From assembly GCA_963757295.1 (NCBI GenBank), contig CAVWQZ010000006.1, positions 142,390-206,389 on the forward strand: DNA of 64,000 nucleotides, read 5' to 3'. Both the position numbers and the translations under genes were made by a program. This stretch comes from an uncultured Actinomycetota bacterium (lineage in GTDB: Bacteria; Actinomycetota; Actinomycetes; JACCUZ01). The first letter of the stretch is position 1. Each line of letters starts with the position of its first letter. Positions 26,647 through 39,569 of this stretch are shown in pieces. The notes below the pieces were generated by a model. That model was not told the DNA's origin. It saw only the letters and a list, made by a program, of their open reading frames with translations, and did no database searches.

Positions 26647-27135
26647 ATGCCGTCTGACTACGCCCGCGCGTTGGGCTCTCGCCTCCGGGCGATCCGCACC
26701 CAGCAGGGGCTCTCGCTGCACGGGGTCGAGGAGAAGTCTCGGGGACGCTGGAAGGCCGTGGTGGTCGGCTCCTACGAGCGCGGCGACCGGGCCGTGACCG
26801 TGCAGCGGCTGGCCGAGCTGTCCGACTTCTACGGCGTGCCGGTGTCCGAGCTGCTGCCCGACAGCGCCCCCAGCGGGGCTGCCGAGCCGCCGCCGCGCCT
26901 GATCATCGACCTGGAGAAGCTGCAGGTGGTGCCGGCCGAGCGGGCCGGACCCCTGGCGCGCTACGCCGCGACCATCCAGGCCCAGCGCGGCGACTACAAC
27001 GGCCGGGTGCTCTCGATCCGCCAGGACGACCTGCGCACGCTGGCGGTCATCTACGACGAGTCGCCCAGCATGCTGACCGAGCAGCTCATCACCTGGGGCG
27101 TGCTCAACCCGGAGGCCCGCCGCGCCCTCGACTAG
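26647..27135 (+). CDS. bldD: BldD-family developmental transcriptional regulator (XRE-type HTH plus C-terminal domain)
   Basis: MPSDYARALGSRLRAIRTQQGLSLHGVEEKSRGRWKAVVVGSYERGDRAVTVQRLAELSDFYGVPVSELLP...RGDYNGRVLSIRQDDLRTLAVIYDESPSMLTEQLITWGVLNPEARRALD. Very close to Streptomyces BldD. Confidence 0.8.
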   Translation: MPSDYARALGSRLRAIRTQQGLSLHGVEEKSRGRWKAVVVGSYERGDRAVTVQRLAELSDFYGVPVSELLPDSAPSGAAEPPPRLIIDLEKLQVVPAERAGPLARYAATIQAQRGDYNGRVLSIRQDDLRTLAVIYDESPSMLTEQLITWGVLNPEARRALD

Positions 27136-27564
27136 CCCGGGGCTCGGGGGTCAGCGGGTCGAGGGAGGGGCTTGAGGTCGAGCAGGCGGGCCAGCAGGCC
27201 GTTGACGAACGCGGGCGACTCGTCGGTCGAGAGCTGGCGGGCCAGCCCGACCGCCTCGCTGATCACCACCGCGTCCGGCACGTCGTCACGCCAGATCAGC
27301 TCGAACGTCCCGAGCCGGAGCACCGCCCGGTCCACGGCCGGCATCCGGTCCAGGCTCCAGCCCTGGGAGTAGGTCGTCAGCAGCTCGTCGATCCGCTCCC
27401 GCTGGGCCACCACGCCCTCGACGAGGGCGATCGCGTAGTCGGGCACCGGCGGCTCGCCCACGGCCACCCGGTCGGCGAGCGTCTCCAGCACGTCGGCGCC
27501 GCGCTGGTCGGCCTCGAACAGCACGTCGAGGGCACGCTTGCGCGCCTTCGTGCGAGCGCCCACT
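27132..27564 (-). CDS. nusB: Transcription antitermination factor NusB
   Basis: [29 protein letters not shown]...YAIALVEGVVAQRERIDELL...WSLDRMPAVDRAVLRLGTFELIW. TAGTG overlap with the efp stop. Confidence 0.8.
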
Positions 27565-28126
27565 AGCCCGTCACACGGCCCAGGTAGCTGCCGTCGCGGG
27601 TGTCGACCTTGATCTTCTCGCCGGTGACGATGAACAGCGGTACGGCGACCTCGGCCCCGGTCTCCAGGGTGGCCGGCTTGGTGCCGCCGGTCGACCGGTC
27701 GCCCTGCATGCCCGGCTCGGTGTAGGAGATGGTCAGCTCGACCGAGGCGGGCAGCTCGACGTACAGCGGTGTCCCCTCGTGCAGCGCGACCACGGTGTCC
27801 TGGTTCTCGAGCAGGTAGGACGCGCCCTCGCCCACCGTCGCCGCCGGCACGTGGATCTGGTCGTAGGAGGAGTTGTCCATGAAGACGAAGTCCTCGCCCT
27901 CCTTGTAGAGGTACTGCATGTCGCGCTTGTCGACCGTCGCCGTCTCGACCCGGGTGCCGGCGTTGAACGTCTTGTCGACGACCTTGCCCGACAGCACGTT
28001 CTTGAGCTTGGTGCGCACGAACGCGCCGCCCTTGCCGGGCTTGACGTGCTGGAACTCCACGACCGACCACAGCTGGCCGTCGAGGTTGAGCACCAATCCG
28101 TTCTTCAGGTCGTTGGTCGTCGCCAC
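27563..28126 (-). CDS. efp: Elongation factor P
   Basis: [54 protein letters not shown]. Intact 187 aa. Confidence 0.95.
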   Translation of the reverse strand: MATTNDLKNGLVLNLDGQLWSVVEFQHVKPGKGGAFVRTKLKNVLSGKVVDKTFNAGTRVETATVDKRDMQYLYKEGEDFVFMDNSSYDQIHVPAATVGEGASYLLENQDTVVALHEGTPLYVELPASVELTISYTEPGMQGDRSTGGTKPATLETGAEVAVPLFIVTGEKIKVDTRDGSYLGRVTG

Positions 28127-28186
28127 GGGAAGAAGTCCTTAATTTGTACGACTCTTACTTGTACGTCGGGTCAGCGCGGGCGTGTT

Positions 28187-29243
28187 CTACAGGACCAGCA
28201 GGTCCTTGGGTGTCGTCGTCAGCAGCTCGGGCTCGCCGTCCCTGACCACCAGGGTGTCCTCGATGCGAACCCCACCGCGGCCGGGTAGGTAGACCCCGGG
28301 CTCGACGGTGACCGGCGTGCGGTCCGCGAGTCTAGCGTCCGATTCGGCGTTGATCAGCGGAGCCTCGTGGACCTCCAGGCCCACACCGTGCCCGAGACCG
28401 TGGCTGAACGCCTCGCCGTAGCCGGCCGCGGTGATCACCTCGCGAGCCGCTGCGTCCACCTGCCGCACGTCGACACCCGGGGCGAGGGCGTGCCGGCCGG
28501 CCCGCTGGGCCGCACGCACCAGGTCGTGGATCTCGCGCTGCCAGTCGGCCGGCTCGGCCCCCACCACGACCGTGCGCGTGCAGTCGGCGTGGTAGCCCTC
28601 GTAGAGCGCGCCGAAGTCGATCTTGAGCAGGTCGCCGGCCGCGACGACGCGGTCGGTCGGCCGGTGGTGGGGCACCGCGCTGTTCGGGCCGGTGGCGACG
28701 ATCGTCTCGAAGGCGATGCCGGTCGCGCCGTGGTCGAGCATCCGGTTCTCCAGGTCACGCCCGATCTCGCGCTCGGTGCGGCCGGGGGCGATGGTGGCGA
28801 ACAGCTCGGTCAGCGCGCGGTCGCTGATCGCGCAGGCCTGCCGGAGCAGCGCGATCTCGTCGTCGTCCTTGACCGAGCGCAGCTGCTCGACCAGCTGCCC
28901 CGACGCGACCAGCTCGACGCCCTCGCCGGTCGAGCGCAGCGTCTCGTGCAGGTCGACGGTCACGTCGTGCGCCTCGAAGGCGAGCCGGTCGACGCCGTCC
29001 TTGCGGGCCCGCTCGACCAGCGCCGTCGCGCACTGGCGGTCGATCACCCGCTCGAGGTCGGGTGCCTGCTGCTCGGCCTGGGTGATGTAGCGGCCGTCGG
29101 TGGCGAGCACGGCGTCATCGGCCGTGACGAGCAGGGCGGCGTTGGAGCCGGTGAACCCGGTCAGGTAGCGGACGTTGACCAGCCGGGTGACCAGCATGCA
29201 CGCGGCCTCGGCAGGCAGGCTCGCCACGAGTGCGCGCAGCCGG

Positions 29244-29272
<29 letters not shown>
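28187..29272 (-). CDS. pepQ: Xaa-Pro dipeptidase / M24 family metallopeptidase
   Basis: [17 protein letters not shown]...[10 protein letters not shown]. Metal ligands in [16 protein letters not shown]. Intact 361 aa. Confidence 0.85.
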
Positions 29273-30832
<1,560 letters not shown>

Positions 30833-31346
30833 CTAGGGGGCCGGGGGCAGGACGCGGAGCACCTCGTCGGCGACCTCCTCCGGTGTCTTGCCGTCGGTGT
30901 CCACCGTGACGGTGGCGACCTGCTCGTAGAACGGGCGCCGGGCTTCCATCAGCTGCACCCACTGGGCGCGCGGGTTGCCGAGCAGCAGCGGCCGGTCGCG
31001 GTTGAACCCGACGCGCGGGGCGGCGCCGGTGATGCTCACGTCGAGGAAGACGACCTGGTGCCCGGCGAGCAGCTCTCGCACGTCCGCGTCGAGCACCGCG
31101 CCGCCGCCGAGTGCGAGCACCCCGTCGTGCTCGGCGAGGGCGACCCGCACGGCCTGCGACTCCAGCGCCCGGAACGCCTGCTCACCGTCGTCGAGGAACA
31201 GGTCCGCGATGCTCTTCCCGGCCGTCCGCGCGACGTCGTCGTCGGTGTCCCGGGACGCCAGCCCGAGCCGTTCGGCCAGCAGCACCGCGAGGGTGGACTT
31301 GCCTGCCCCCGGGGGCCCGACCAGGACGAGGCGCGGCGCGGTCACC
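30833..31346 (-). CDS. aroK: Shikimate kinase
   Basis: GTG start, [35 protein letters not shown]...GGGAVLD. GTGA overlap with the aroC stop. Confidence 0.8.
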
Positions 31347-32520
31347 GGATCGCGAGGTGCTCGAGGTAGGCACGCGCGTTGCGGGCCGTCTCGGCCACCG
31401 AGTCGCCGCCGAACTTCTCCAGTGCGGCATCGGCGAGCACGAGGGCCACCATCGCCTCGGCGACGATGCCGGCGGCGGGGACGGCGCACACGTCGCTGCG
31501 CTGGCTGATGGCGGTGGCCGCCTCGCCGGTGGCGACATCGACGGTCGCCAGCGCCCGCGGCACCGTGGAGATCGGCTTCATCGCCGCGCGGACCCGCAGC
31601 GGTTCACCGGTGCTCATGCCGCCCTCGACGCCGCCGGACCTCGCCGTACGGCGTCGAAGCCCGCTCTCGCCGGCCTCGATCTCGTCGTGGGCCGCCGAGC
31701 CACGGCGGCGGGCGGTCTCGAGCCCGTCGCCCACCTCGACCGCCTTGATCGCCTGGATGCCCATCAGCGCGCCGGCCAGCCGCGAGTCCAGCCGGCGGTC
31801 CCAGTGGACGTGGCTGCCGAGGCCGGGCGGGAGGCCGTAGGCCAGCACCTCCACCACCCCGCCGAGCGTGTCGCCGTCGCGGTGGGCCGCGTCGATCTCG
31901 GCGACCATCGCCGCGCTGGCCGCGGGGTCGAGGCAGCGCACCGGGTCGTCGTCGAGTCGCCCGACGTCGTCGGGCTCGGGGCGCGCGTCCTCGGGAGCCA
32001 GCGCGGTGCCGATCGCGACGACGTGGCTGACCAGCCGGACGTCGAGCGCCTGCTTCAGGAAGGCCTGGGCGACGGCGCCGAGGGCGACCCGGGCCGCGGT
32101 CTCGCGGGCGCTGGCTCGCTCGAGGACCGGCCGGGCGTCGTCGAAGCCGTACTTCTGCATGCCGGTGAGGTCGGCGTGACCCGGGCGCGGGCGGGTCAGG
32201 GCCGCGTTGCGGGCGAGCCCCTGCAGGACGTCCTCGTCGACCGGGTCGGGCGACATGACCTGCTCCCACTTGGGCCACTCGGTGTTGCCGATGCGCAGGG
32301 CAACCGGCCCACCCTGGGTCAGCCCGTGGCGCACCCCGCCGAGCAGCTCGAGGTCGTCGCGCTCGAAGGACATCCGGGCGCCGCGGCCGTGACCGAGGCG
32401 GCGACGTGCCAGCGCCGCGTCCAGGTCGGCGGTCGTGATGGCGACACCTGCCGGCAGGCCTTCGAGGATCGCGGTCAACGCGGGTCCGTGCGACTCCCCC
32501 GCAGTCAGCCAGCGCAGCAT
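31342..32520 (-). CDS. aroC: Chorismate synthase
   Basis: [26 protein letters not shown]...[14 protein letters not shown]...[10 protein letters not shown]...GGMSTGEP. Intact 392 aa. Confidence 0.95.
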   Translation of the reverse strand: MLRWLTAGESHGPALTAILEGLPAGVAITTADLDAALARRRLGHGRGARMSFERDDLELLGGVRHGLTQGGPVALRIGNTEWPKWEQVMSPDPVDEDVLQGLARNAALTRPRPGHADLTGMQKYGFDDARPVLERASARETAARVALGAVAQAFLKQALDVRLVSHVVAIGTALAPEDARPEPDDVGRLDDDPVRCLDPAASAAMVAEIDAAHRDGDTLGGVVEVLAYGLPPGLGSHVHWDRRLDSRLAGALMGIQAIKAVEVGDGLETARRRGSAAHDEIEAGESGLRRRTARSGGVEGGMSTGEPLRVRAAMKPISTVPRALATVDVATGEAATAISQRSDVCAVPAAGIVAEAMVALVLADAALEKFGGDSVAETARNARAYLEHLAIR

Positions 32521-32571
32521 GCGGCGATCCTCGCACGGGCGTCGTCGTGCGGAGGCCCGGACGTGCCAGAC

Positions 32572-32604
32572 GGGCCGCCCTGGTGTCCAGGCCGGCCCGT
32601 CCGC
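32572..32604 (-). terminator. GC-rich imperfect hairpin (about 13/15-bp stem, 5-nt loop) between the last pilus-locus gene and aroC; candidate terminator or attenuator, with no U-tract
   Basis: GACGGGCCGCCCTGG-TGTCC-AGGCCGGCCCGTC read directly from the sequence. Confidence 0.35.
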
Positions 32605-32623
32605 GTTCTCGGGGTGGTGCGCT

Positions 32624-33305
32624 TACTGCATCTTCGCGGTCTCGCCCTCGCAGAGGTCGAAGCGCTCGTCGCCGTACTGGAAGCTGCCGCACTTGCCGTT
32701 CTTGAGCCGCAGCGCCTTGAAGTAGGTGCCGAACACGTCGCCGACAGCCACCGAGTAGGTCTTGGACGCCGACCGTCACGCGGCCGGACGAGTTGTCCGC
32801 GGTGACGGAGATGACCTTGACCGTCAGCGGCTTCGACGAGACGGCGCTGCCGCCGGTGCTGGTGCCGCCAGTGGTGCCACCGCTGGTGCCGGGCTGGGTG
32901 GTGACGACCGCGCCGCCACCGACCGGGGTGACGACCGTGCCGCCACCGGCGACGACGCCGCCGGTGCCACTGGAGACGCCGCCGGCTGCCGGGGGCACGA
33001 CCAGGGGCTTGAACGGGTCCTTGCCGATGGCCTTGTTGGACAGCTTGGGGGCCTTGACCACGGGCGGCACCGACGGGGTCGGGGTCGGCGTGGACTGCGA
33101 GCCCGGTGGAGCGACGGGTCGGCAGCGAGGTGTCCGTTGGCTCGTCCCCGCCGGCGAAGACGAAGAAGTAGGCCAGGGCACCGAGGACCAGGATGCCGAC
33201 CACGGCGAGGATCAGGACCGTACGGCGGTTGCCGCTGGCCTCCTCGAAATCAGCCGGCCCATCGGCGACCGAGGTCCCCTGGAAGGGGAAGCTTGACTCA
33301 CTCAT
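32624..33305 (-). CDS. Bitopic membrane protein with Thr/Gly/Pro-rich linker and ~70-aa C-terminal beta-type domain; PilP-analogue candidate; at least 2 frame shifts
   Basis: ATG after SD CCAGGAGACTGAC. MSESSFPFQGTSVADGPADFEEASGNRRTVLILAVVGILVLGALAYFFVF (single TM), linker VPPVVKAPKLSNKAIGKDPFKPLVVPPAAGGVSSGTGGVV...TTGGTSTGGS, C-terminus KPLTVKVISVTADNSSGRVTV / SKTYSVAVGDVFGTYFKALRLKNGKCGSFQYGDERFDLCEGETAKMQ*. Confidence 0.5.
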
Positions 33306-33326
33306 GTCAGTCTCCTGGTCAGTTGG

Positions 33327-34058
33327 CCGCGGGGGCCGTCGACGGGGCGGGGGTGGCGGTGGCGCCGGGGACCGGGACCGTTGCCCCTGCCGCAACTGCA
33401 GCGGCAGGCGAGAGGAACACGCGACCCTTGATCTCCAGCTCCAGGGGACCCGCAGTCGGGTTCTCGGCGGTGGAGGCGGCTGTACTTCAAGGTGAAGCCG
33501 GTCACGAGGAACGAGCGCTTGAGGGCCTCGACCTTGTTGAGGAACTGCTCCGTCTCGAAGTAGCTACCGGTCGTCTTGACCGTGATCGGCACCTGGTAGA
33601 GAACCGGCGCGGCTGCGACCGGAGCCGTGACGGTGCCAGGAGCGGTCGTCGTCGCCGAGCTCGGGGCCGCGGTGCCCGCCGTCGTTGGCACGACAGCGGT
33701 GACCGCGGGGGCCACGACCGCGACCGGCAGGGCCGGCGCGAGCGAGAGGAGGTCGACGCCGGACTTCTTGGCGCCGGCGGTCAGGTCACGGATCAGAGCG
33801 GGCAGGGCCGGGTTGTTGGGCACCTGCCTGCGGATCTGGGCGAGGAACGCCTCCTGCTTGGGCAGGTCCTGGGCCTGGGCCTTGAGCACCTCGAGCTGCT
33901 GGATGAGGCGCTGGTTGGTGGCGTCCTGCTCGGCCTTGTCGCGCGCGCAGGCCGGCGGCCTCCGAGCGCTTCGGCGCGATCAGGAGGAACCAGCTGGCCG
34001 CGAAGATGGCTGCAACGAGCAGCACAGCCAGCGCGGACCATTTGCGTGTTGCGGTCAT
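33327..34058 (-). CDS. pilO: Type IV pilus assembly protein PilO-like; at least 2 frame shifts
   Basis: MTATRKWSALAVLLVAAIFAASWFLLIAPKRSEAAGL (TM), then LKAQAQDLPKQEAFLAQIRRQVPNNPALPALIRDLTAGAKKSGVDLLSLAP...YQVPITVKTTGSYFETEQFLNKVEALKRSFLVTGFTL, end ...GRVFLSPAAAVAAGATVPVPGATATPAPSTAPAAN*. Confidence 0.6.
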
Positions 34059-34059
34059 G

Positions 34060-34737
34060 TCAGCTGCCCGCCTTCTGGATGTAGCGCTTGGACAAGGCGT
34101 CCTCGGTGACGGTGACCTGGCTCTTGAACCGCACGACCTCGCGGGTGCCGATCTTCTCCTTCGTGGACTCCGTGAAGTAGGGCTGCGTGTAGCCCTTCTG
34201 CTTCGCGAGCGAGTCCAGCCAGGCAGCCACGTCGTTGTGCTTCATGGCGTGACCGTCGAAGGCCACCGCGCCGACGCCGCTCTCGAGGTATCCCGCAGCG
34301 GTTCCGGCAACCGGGGCCGGCGCAAGGCCGACGGCCTCGTTGGGAGTGACCGTCATCGTCGTGAGCCAGACGCTGTTCGGGATCTTGAGGCTGAGGTCGT
34401 TGAGGTAGAACGACCAGCGGATCTCCTTGCCCATCGCCAGCTCCAGCTGCGCGCGCGCAGCCTCGACCTGCGCGTAGACCAGGGGCACCTGGCTGTACTC
34501 AGCCGCGCGCGCCTCGAGCTTGGTGGTCTCGCGCTTGGAGTCGGCCAGGTCACCCTGCGCGGAGCTCACCTGGTTGCTGGCGGCGAGGAAGAGCACCCCG
34601 ACGACACCGAGCGAGGCCACGACGGCCGCGCCGAGGGCGAACTGGGTGCGGCGGAAGCGCCGCTCCTGCTCGATCTCCGGCGGCAGCAGGTTCACCTGCG
34701 GCAGCGTGACGAGACGGGTAGTGGTCAGCGTGCTCAT
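34060..34737 (-). CDS. pilN: Type IV pilus assembly protein PilN
   Basis: LPQVNLLPPEIEQERRFRRTQFALGAAVVASLGVVGVLFLAA, then coiled region and a C-terminal ferredoxin-like part. Intact 225 aa. Confidence 0.8.
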   Translation of the reverse strand: MSTLTTTRLVTLPQVNLLPPEIEQERRFRRTQFALGAAVVASLGVVGVLFLAASNQVSSAQGDLADSKRETTKLEARAAEYSQVPLVYAQVEAARAQLELAMGKEIRWSFYLNDLSLKIPNSVWLTTMTVTPNEAVGLAPAPVAGTAAGYLESGVGAVAFDGHAMKHNDVAAWLDSLAKQKGYTQPYFTESTKEKIGTREVVRFKSQVTVTEDALSKRYIQKAGS

Positions 34738-35798
34738 GATGCGGCTCCGAGGGCGAGGCCGACCGGCACGGCTGCCAGCGGCTCGACGAAGGCGATCTGC
34801 TCAGACGAGAGACCGGTGCGGCCCACCTTCAGGCCACGCATGGGGGTTCCTACCTCGACGGGCACCCGGGTCGTGACCTGGAGCCGCTGCGCGAGTCCGC
34901 CGAGGCGGGCACCGCCACCGGTCAGCACGAGCTTGGAGATGGGCGCTGATCCACTCGAGGCGAGGTAGTAGTCGAGAGATCCGCGGATCTCGTCGACGAA
35001 CGCCGACCCGACCGCTTCGACGACTCTGGCCGCAGCCTGCGCGTCCATGCCTTCGACCGGCAGGCCGATGCCGAGCTGCTGCTTCATCGCCTCGGCCTGG
35101 GCCTGCGGCACGCCCATCCGCTCGGCGACGGCGTCAGTGATGTCCTGCCCGCCCATGAGCAGGATGCGCACGAACCGCGGCACCCCGCCCTGGTGGAGCA
35201 CGATGTTGGTCACGCGAGCACCGACGTCCACGAGGGCCTCGACCTGCGAGCCCATGCCGAGGTGGTCGGTGTCGGAGAGCGACCGGATGACCGCGAAGGG
35301 AGTGAGGTCGACCATCAGGGGCGACAGGCCGGCGATCTGCACTGCTTGCAGGCTGGCGTGCACCATGTCGCGGGAGGCGGCAACGAGCAGGCCGCGAAGG
35401 ACGCGGTCACCGTTCTCGCCGTTGAGCTCCTCGAGCGGGTGGAAGTCGAGGACTGCCTGCTCGACGGGCATGGGGACGAAGTCCTGCACGTGATAGGCGA
35501 GCGACTTCTTCAGCTCGTCAGCGGGCATCCACGGAAGGTCGACCTGGCGGACGATGACCTTCTGGTTCGCGACACCGATGACAACCTTCTTGCTGCTGAA
35601 CTTGGTGTGGCTCCAGAGCTGCTTGATGGCCGCACCTACCGCGTCGGGGTCGATCACCTCGCCGTCCCGCACTGCACCTTCGGGAAGGGCCACCTGGCCG
35701 AACTTCTCGAGGGTGACCTGACCCTTGCCGAACGAGAGCTCGGCGGCACGCACACCCGAGGTCCCGATATCGAGACCGATGGCGGATCGACCAGCCAC
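34734..35798 (-). CDS. pilM: Type IV pilus assembly ATPase-fold protein PilM
   Basis: SAIGLDIGTSGVRAAELSF...VIGVANQKVIVRQVDLPWMPADELKKSLAYHVQDFVPMP (actin/FtsA-like). Intact 354 aa. Confidence 0.9.
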   Translation of the reverse strand: MAGRSAIGLDIGTSGVRAAELSFGKGQVTLEKFGQVALPEGAVRDGEVIDPDAVGAAIKQLWSHTKFSSKKVVIGVANQKVIVRQVDLPWMPADELKKSLAYHVQDFVPMPVEQAVLDFHPLEELNGENGDRVLRGLLVAASRDMVHASLQAVQIAGLSPLMVDLTPFAVIRSLSDTDHLGMGSQVEALVDVGARVTNIVLHQGGVPRFVRILLMGGQDITDAVAERMGVPQAQAEAMKQQLGIGLPVEGMDAQAAARVVEAVGSAFVDEIRGSLDYYLASSGSAPISKLVLTGGGARLGGLAQRLQVTTRVPVEVGTPMRGLKVGRTGLSSEQIAFVEPLAAVPVGLALGAAS

Positions 35799-35902
35799 GA
35801 CGCTTCCCCTCCCACTGGCGGCGGTTTGCCGCGTGGTGACCCTTGTTGGGTCGCTTCAAGGAGAGGGATCGGCCCGAAGGTGGGTCGCCTTGAGTAATCG
35901 AA

Positions 35903-36697
35903 ATCAGCCCAGCGCGTGATCGAGGTAAAGGTCTGCCAAAGCACCGCCCCACAGGATCGCCACGAAGGCGCCTGCGAGCATGAACGGGCCGAACGGGACC
36001 TTGGACTTCCGGCCGGCCTTGCCGACGGCCATCAGCGCCGATCCCGACGACGCCTCCGAACAGGAATCCGAGGAAGGTCCCCGTCACGACCTCCGCCCAC
36101 CCCAGCCAGCCCAGGTAGGCCCCGAGCACGCCGGCGAGCTTGACGTCCCCGAAGCCCATGCCGGCCGGGTAGATCCATGCCAGGGCGAAGTAGAAGGCGT
36201 ACAGGGCGGCCATTCCCAGCCCGGCGCGCAGGTAGCTGTCCCAGTCGTGCCCGAACACGGCTGCCGCCCCGAGCAGCACGGCTGCGACGACGTACGACGG
36301 CAGGACGATCGCGTTCGGGAGCCGCTTGACGTCCAGGTCGATGAGAGCGAGCGCCACGCCGATCGCCCCGAGGTAGAGGAATGCAGGCAGCTCAGGCTCG
36401 AGCCCGATCCGGGCCGCCAGCACCACGAAGACGGCAGCGGTGCCGAGCTCGACGAGCGGGTAGCGGGCCGAGATGGGGGCCTTGCAGTCCCGGCACCGGC
36501 CGCGCAGCAGCAGCCAGCTCACCACCGGCACGTTGTCGCGCGGGCGCACGGCCGCGCCGCACGCCGGGCAGTGGGACGGCGGGTGCGCGATGGACTCGCC
36601 ACGCGGCACCCGCCACACCACGACGTTCAGGAACGAGCCGATGATCAGCCCGAGGACGCCGACAAGGATCAGGAACAGAGACCACCGGCAGACCTTA
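35903..36697 (-). CDS. pilD: Prepilin peptidase (A24 family); frame shift near 35990, N-terminal start obscured (CT-dinucleotide-repeat indel near 36690)
   Basis: LFLILVGVLGLIIGSFLNVVVWRVPRGESIAHPPSHCPACGAAVRPRDNVPVVSWLLLRGRCRDCKAPISARYPLVEL...GMGFGDVKLAGVLGAYLGW. C-terminus KSKVPFGPFMLAGAFVAILWG recovered in the +1 frame. Confidence 0.8.
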
Positions 36698-36713
36698 GGG
36701 CAGAGAGGGCGGA

Positions 36714-38051
36714 TCAGCGGTCGTCCTCGCGGAAGTTCTTCACGTTGATGTTCAGCAGCGGGCCGGGCATGTTCTCCAGGTAGCAGTCGTCAATCTTGAT
36801 GTCGGCCGTGCCGGTGAGGTCGAACTGGTTGGCGGCGTAGATCGTGCCGATCAGCTGTGCAGCCACCGTTGGACTTCGTGACGTTGCCGTTCGGTGCCGG
36901 CCCGAGCGCGAAGATGGCAGCTTGCAGGATGGTGTTGGCGTTCAGCCGGATGTTGCCCTTCTTGACGATCACGACGACGCCGCCCTTGGGGGCGCAGTTC
37001 GCATCGTCCGCGTCCACGAAGACCGAGGACGGCCGGCCGTAGAGGGTCTGGGAGATGTCGTTGAGGTCGACCATCCCGCCGACAGCAGCGCCCTGGAGGT
37101 CGTAGAAGAGGACCGGGTTCTTCAGCGGCGAGGTGCCGTTGGAGATGGGCGCGGGGATCGCGGTCGTGTTGGTGAAGTAGTTGTTCTGTTCGATGGCGAT
37201 GCCCTTGAGCAGGTCGAGCTGGGCGTCGGAAAGGCCCGAGGTGTTGTAGTCGTACATCTGGCCCATCTGCGTGGCGCTGGAGATCAGCGACGTGGACGGG
37301 TAGACCGGTGGGCCGGCGAACATGTTGAAGCACGGGGCCGGGACCGGGTTCGCCCCGTTGATGTCCTGGTCATAGGGGTACGCCGTGTTGCACCGCGTTG
37401 AGCCGTCTGTGGATGTTGTTGCTGGTGCCGGGGCAGTTGTTGCTCTCGGTGATGTTCGACGACGAGTGAGCTGCGGCCGGGATGCCGTAGACCATGTCGA
37501 TGTTTCCGCCGAAGTTGATCTTGTCCCGGTCGTTGATGCAACCGGTCGAGAACAGCGACAGGTAGTGGATACCGCTGCTGCCGCCGGCGGTCAGGTTGTT
37601 GGAGAACAGCCCGATCGGGTACTCGAAGGGCTTGACCTCGACGTCGACCTCGATGGTCCGCGAACCCGGGCCGGGCTCGGAGATGCCCACCGAGTGGATG
37701 CGGTAGACGCCGGGACGCCGCTTCGGCTGGTCCATCGGCTGCAGGGTCTCGAACCACACGTTGTAGCGCTCGTTCGGTGCCAGCGAGACGACCTTCGACG
37801 GCATGGGCGTCACCGTCCTCCGCCGACTCGCCCCACGGGTTCGCGGCGCCGCAGTTGGGAGAGCACTTGATCTTCAGGACGCCTTCCGTGCGGATGTAGG
37901 CGACGGCCTGGGCGATCCCGCCCTCGGAGACGGACAGCGCCGAGGCCGACTGCCGGTCGCTGGTGCTGCTGGTCAGGTTGCTCGACGTCACGCCGATCGC
38001 GGCCACCGCGAACGCGGTGAGCAGCGCCGCCATCAGCAGCACCGTGATCAT
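36714..38051 (-). CDS. PilX_N-type pilus assembly / minor-pilin-associated protein, tandem copy A; at least 3 frame shifts
   Basis: MITVLLMAALLTAFAVAAIGVTSSNLTSSTSDRQSASALSVSEGGIAQAVAYI (hydrophobic N-terminus plus S..E..A..AAEAG-like PilX_N pattern). Downstream parts PSKVVSLAPNERYNVWFETLQP..., CFNMFAGPPVYPSTSLISSATQMGQMYDYNTSGLSDAQLDLLKGIAIEQNNYF... lie in other frames. Confidence 0.55.
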
Positions 38052-38177
38052 GCGCGGCTCCAGCCTCGCGGTCTTCGCGGGGGCGGCGAAGGAGACTGGC
38101 GAGTGATCTCATGCTGCGTTCCTCACATCGAGTGGACGAGAGACCCACCGGGCAGACCCTAGGGCAGAGAGAGCCGA

Positions 38178-39511
38178 TCAGCGGTCGTCCTCGCGGAAGT
38201 TCTTCACGTTGATGTTCAGCAGCGGGCCGGGCATGTTCTCCAGGTAGCAGTCGTCGATCTTGATGTCGGCCGTGCCGGTGAGGTCGAACTGGTTGGCGGC
38301 GTAGATCGTGCCGATCAGCTGCGAACCACCGTTGGACTTCGTGACGTTGCCGTTCGGTGCCGGCCCGAGCGCGAAGATGGCAGCTTGCAGGATCGTGTTG
38401 GCGTTCAGCCGCACGTTGCCCTTCTTGACGATCACGACGACGCCGCCCTTCGGGCGCGCAGTTCGCATCGTCCGCGTCCACGAAGACCGAGGACGGCCGG
38501 CCGTAGAGGGTCTGGGAGATGTCGTTGAGGTCGACCATCCCACCGACAGAAGCGCCCTGGAGGTCGTAGAAGAGGACCGGGTTCTTCAGCGGCGAGGTGC
38601 CGTTGGAGATGGGCGCGGGGATCGCGGTCGTGTTGGTGAAGTAGTTGTTCTGCTCGATGGCGATGCCCTTGAGCAGGTCGAGTTGGGCGTCTGAGAGGCC
38701 CGAGGTGTTGTAGTCGTACATCTGGCCCATCTGCGTGGCGCTGGAGATCAGGACGTCGACGGGTAGACCGGTGGGCCGGCGAACATGTTGAAGCACGGCG
38801 CCGGGACCGGGTTCGCCCCGTTGATGTCCTGGTCATAGGGGTACGTCGTGTTGCACCGCTGCGTCGCACTGTGGATGTTGCTGCTGGTCCCGGGGCAGTT
38901 GTTGCTCTCGGTGATGTTCGCCGACGAGTGCGCGCGGCCGGGATGCCGTAGACCATGTCGATGTTGCCACCGAAGTCGATCTTGTCCCGGTCGTTGATGC
39001 AGCCGGTCGAGAACACCGACAGGTAGTGGATGCCGCTGCTGCCGCCGGCGGTCAGGTTGTTGGAGAACAGCCCGATCGGGTACTCGAAGGGCTTGACCTC
39101 GACGTCGACCTCGATGGTCCGCGAACCCGGACCGGGCTCGGAGATGCCCACCGAGTGGATGCGGTAGACGCCGGGGCGCCGCTTCGGCTGGTCCATCGGC
39201 TGCAGGGTCTCGAACCACACGTTGTAGCGCTCGTTCGGGGCCAGTGAGACGACCTTCGACGGCTGGGCGTCACCGTCCTCTGCCGACTCGCCCCACGGGT
39301 TCGCAGCGCCGCAGTTGGGAGAGCACTTGATCTTCAGGACGCCTTCCGTGCGGATGTAGGCGATGGCCTGGGCGATCCCGCCCTCAGAGACAGACAGCGC
39401 CGAGGCCGACTGCCGGTCGCTCGTGCTGCTGGTCAGGTTGCTCGAGGTCACGCCGATCGCGGCCACCGCGAAAGCGGTGAGCAGCGCGGCCATCAGCAGC
39501 ACCGTGATCAT
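38178..39511 (-). CDS. PilX_N-type protein, tandem copy B (~95% identical to copy A); at least 2 frame shifts
   Basis: Same N-terminus, ...KPFEYPIGLFSNNLTAGGSSGIHYLSVFSTGCINDRDKIDFGGNIDMVYGIPAA..., C-terminus CAPKGGVVVIVKKGNVRLNANTILQAAIFALGP...DIKIDDCYLENMPGPLLNINVKNFREDDR*. Confidence 0.55.
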
Positions 39512-39569
39512 GGCGGCACCGGCCTCGCGGTCTTCGCGGGGCTGGCGAAGGAGACTGGCGAGTGCATCT

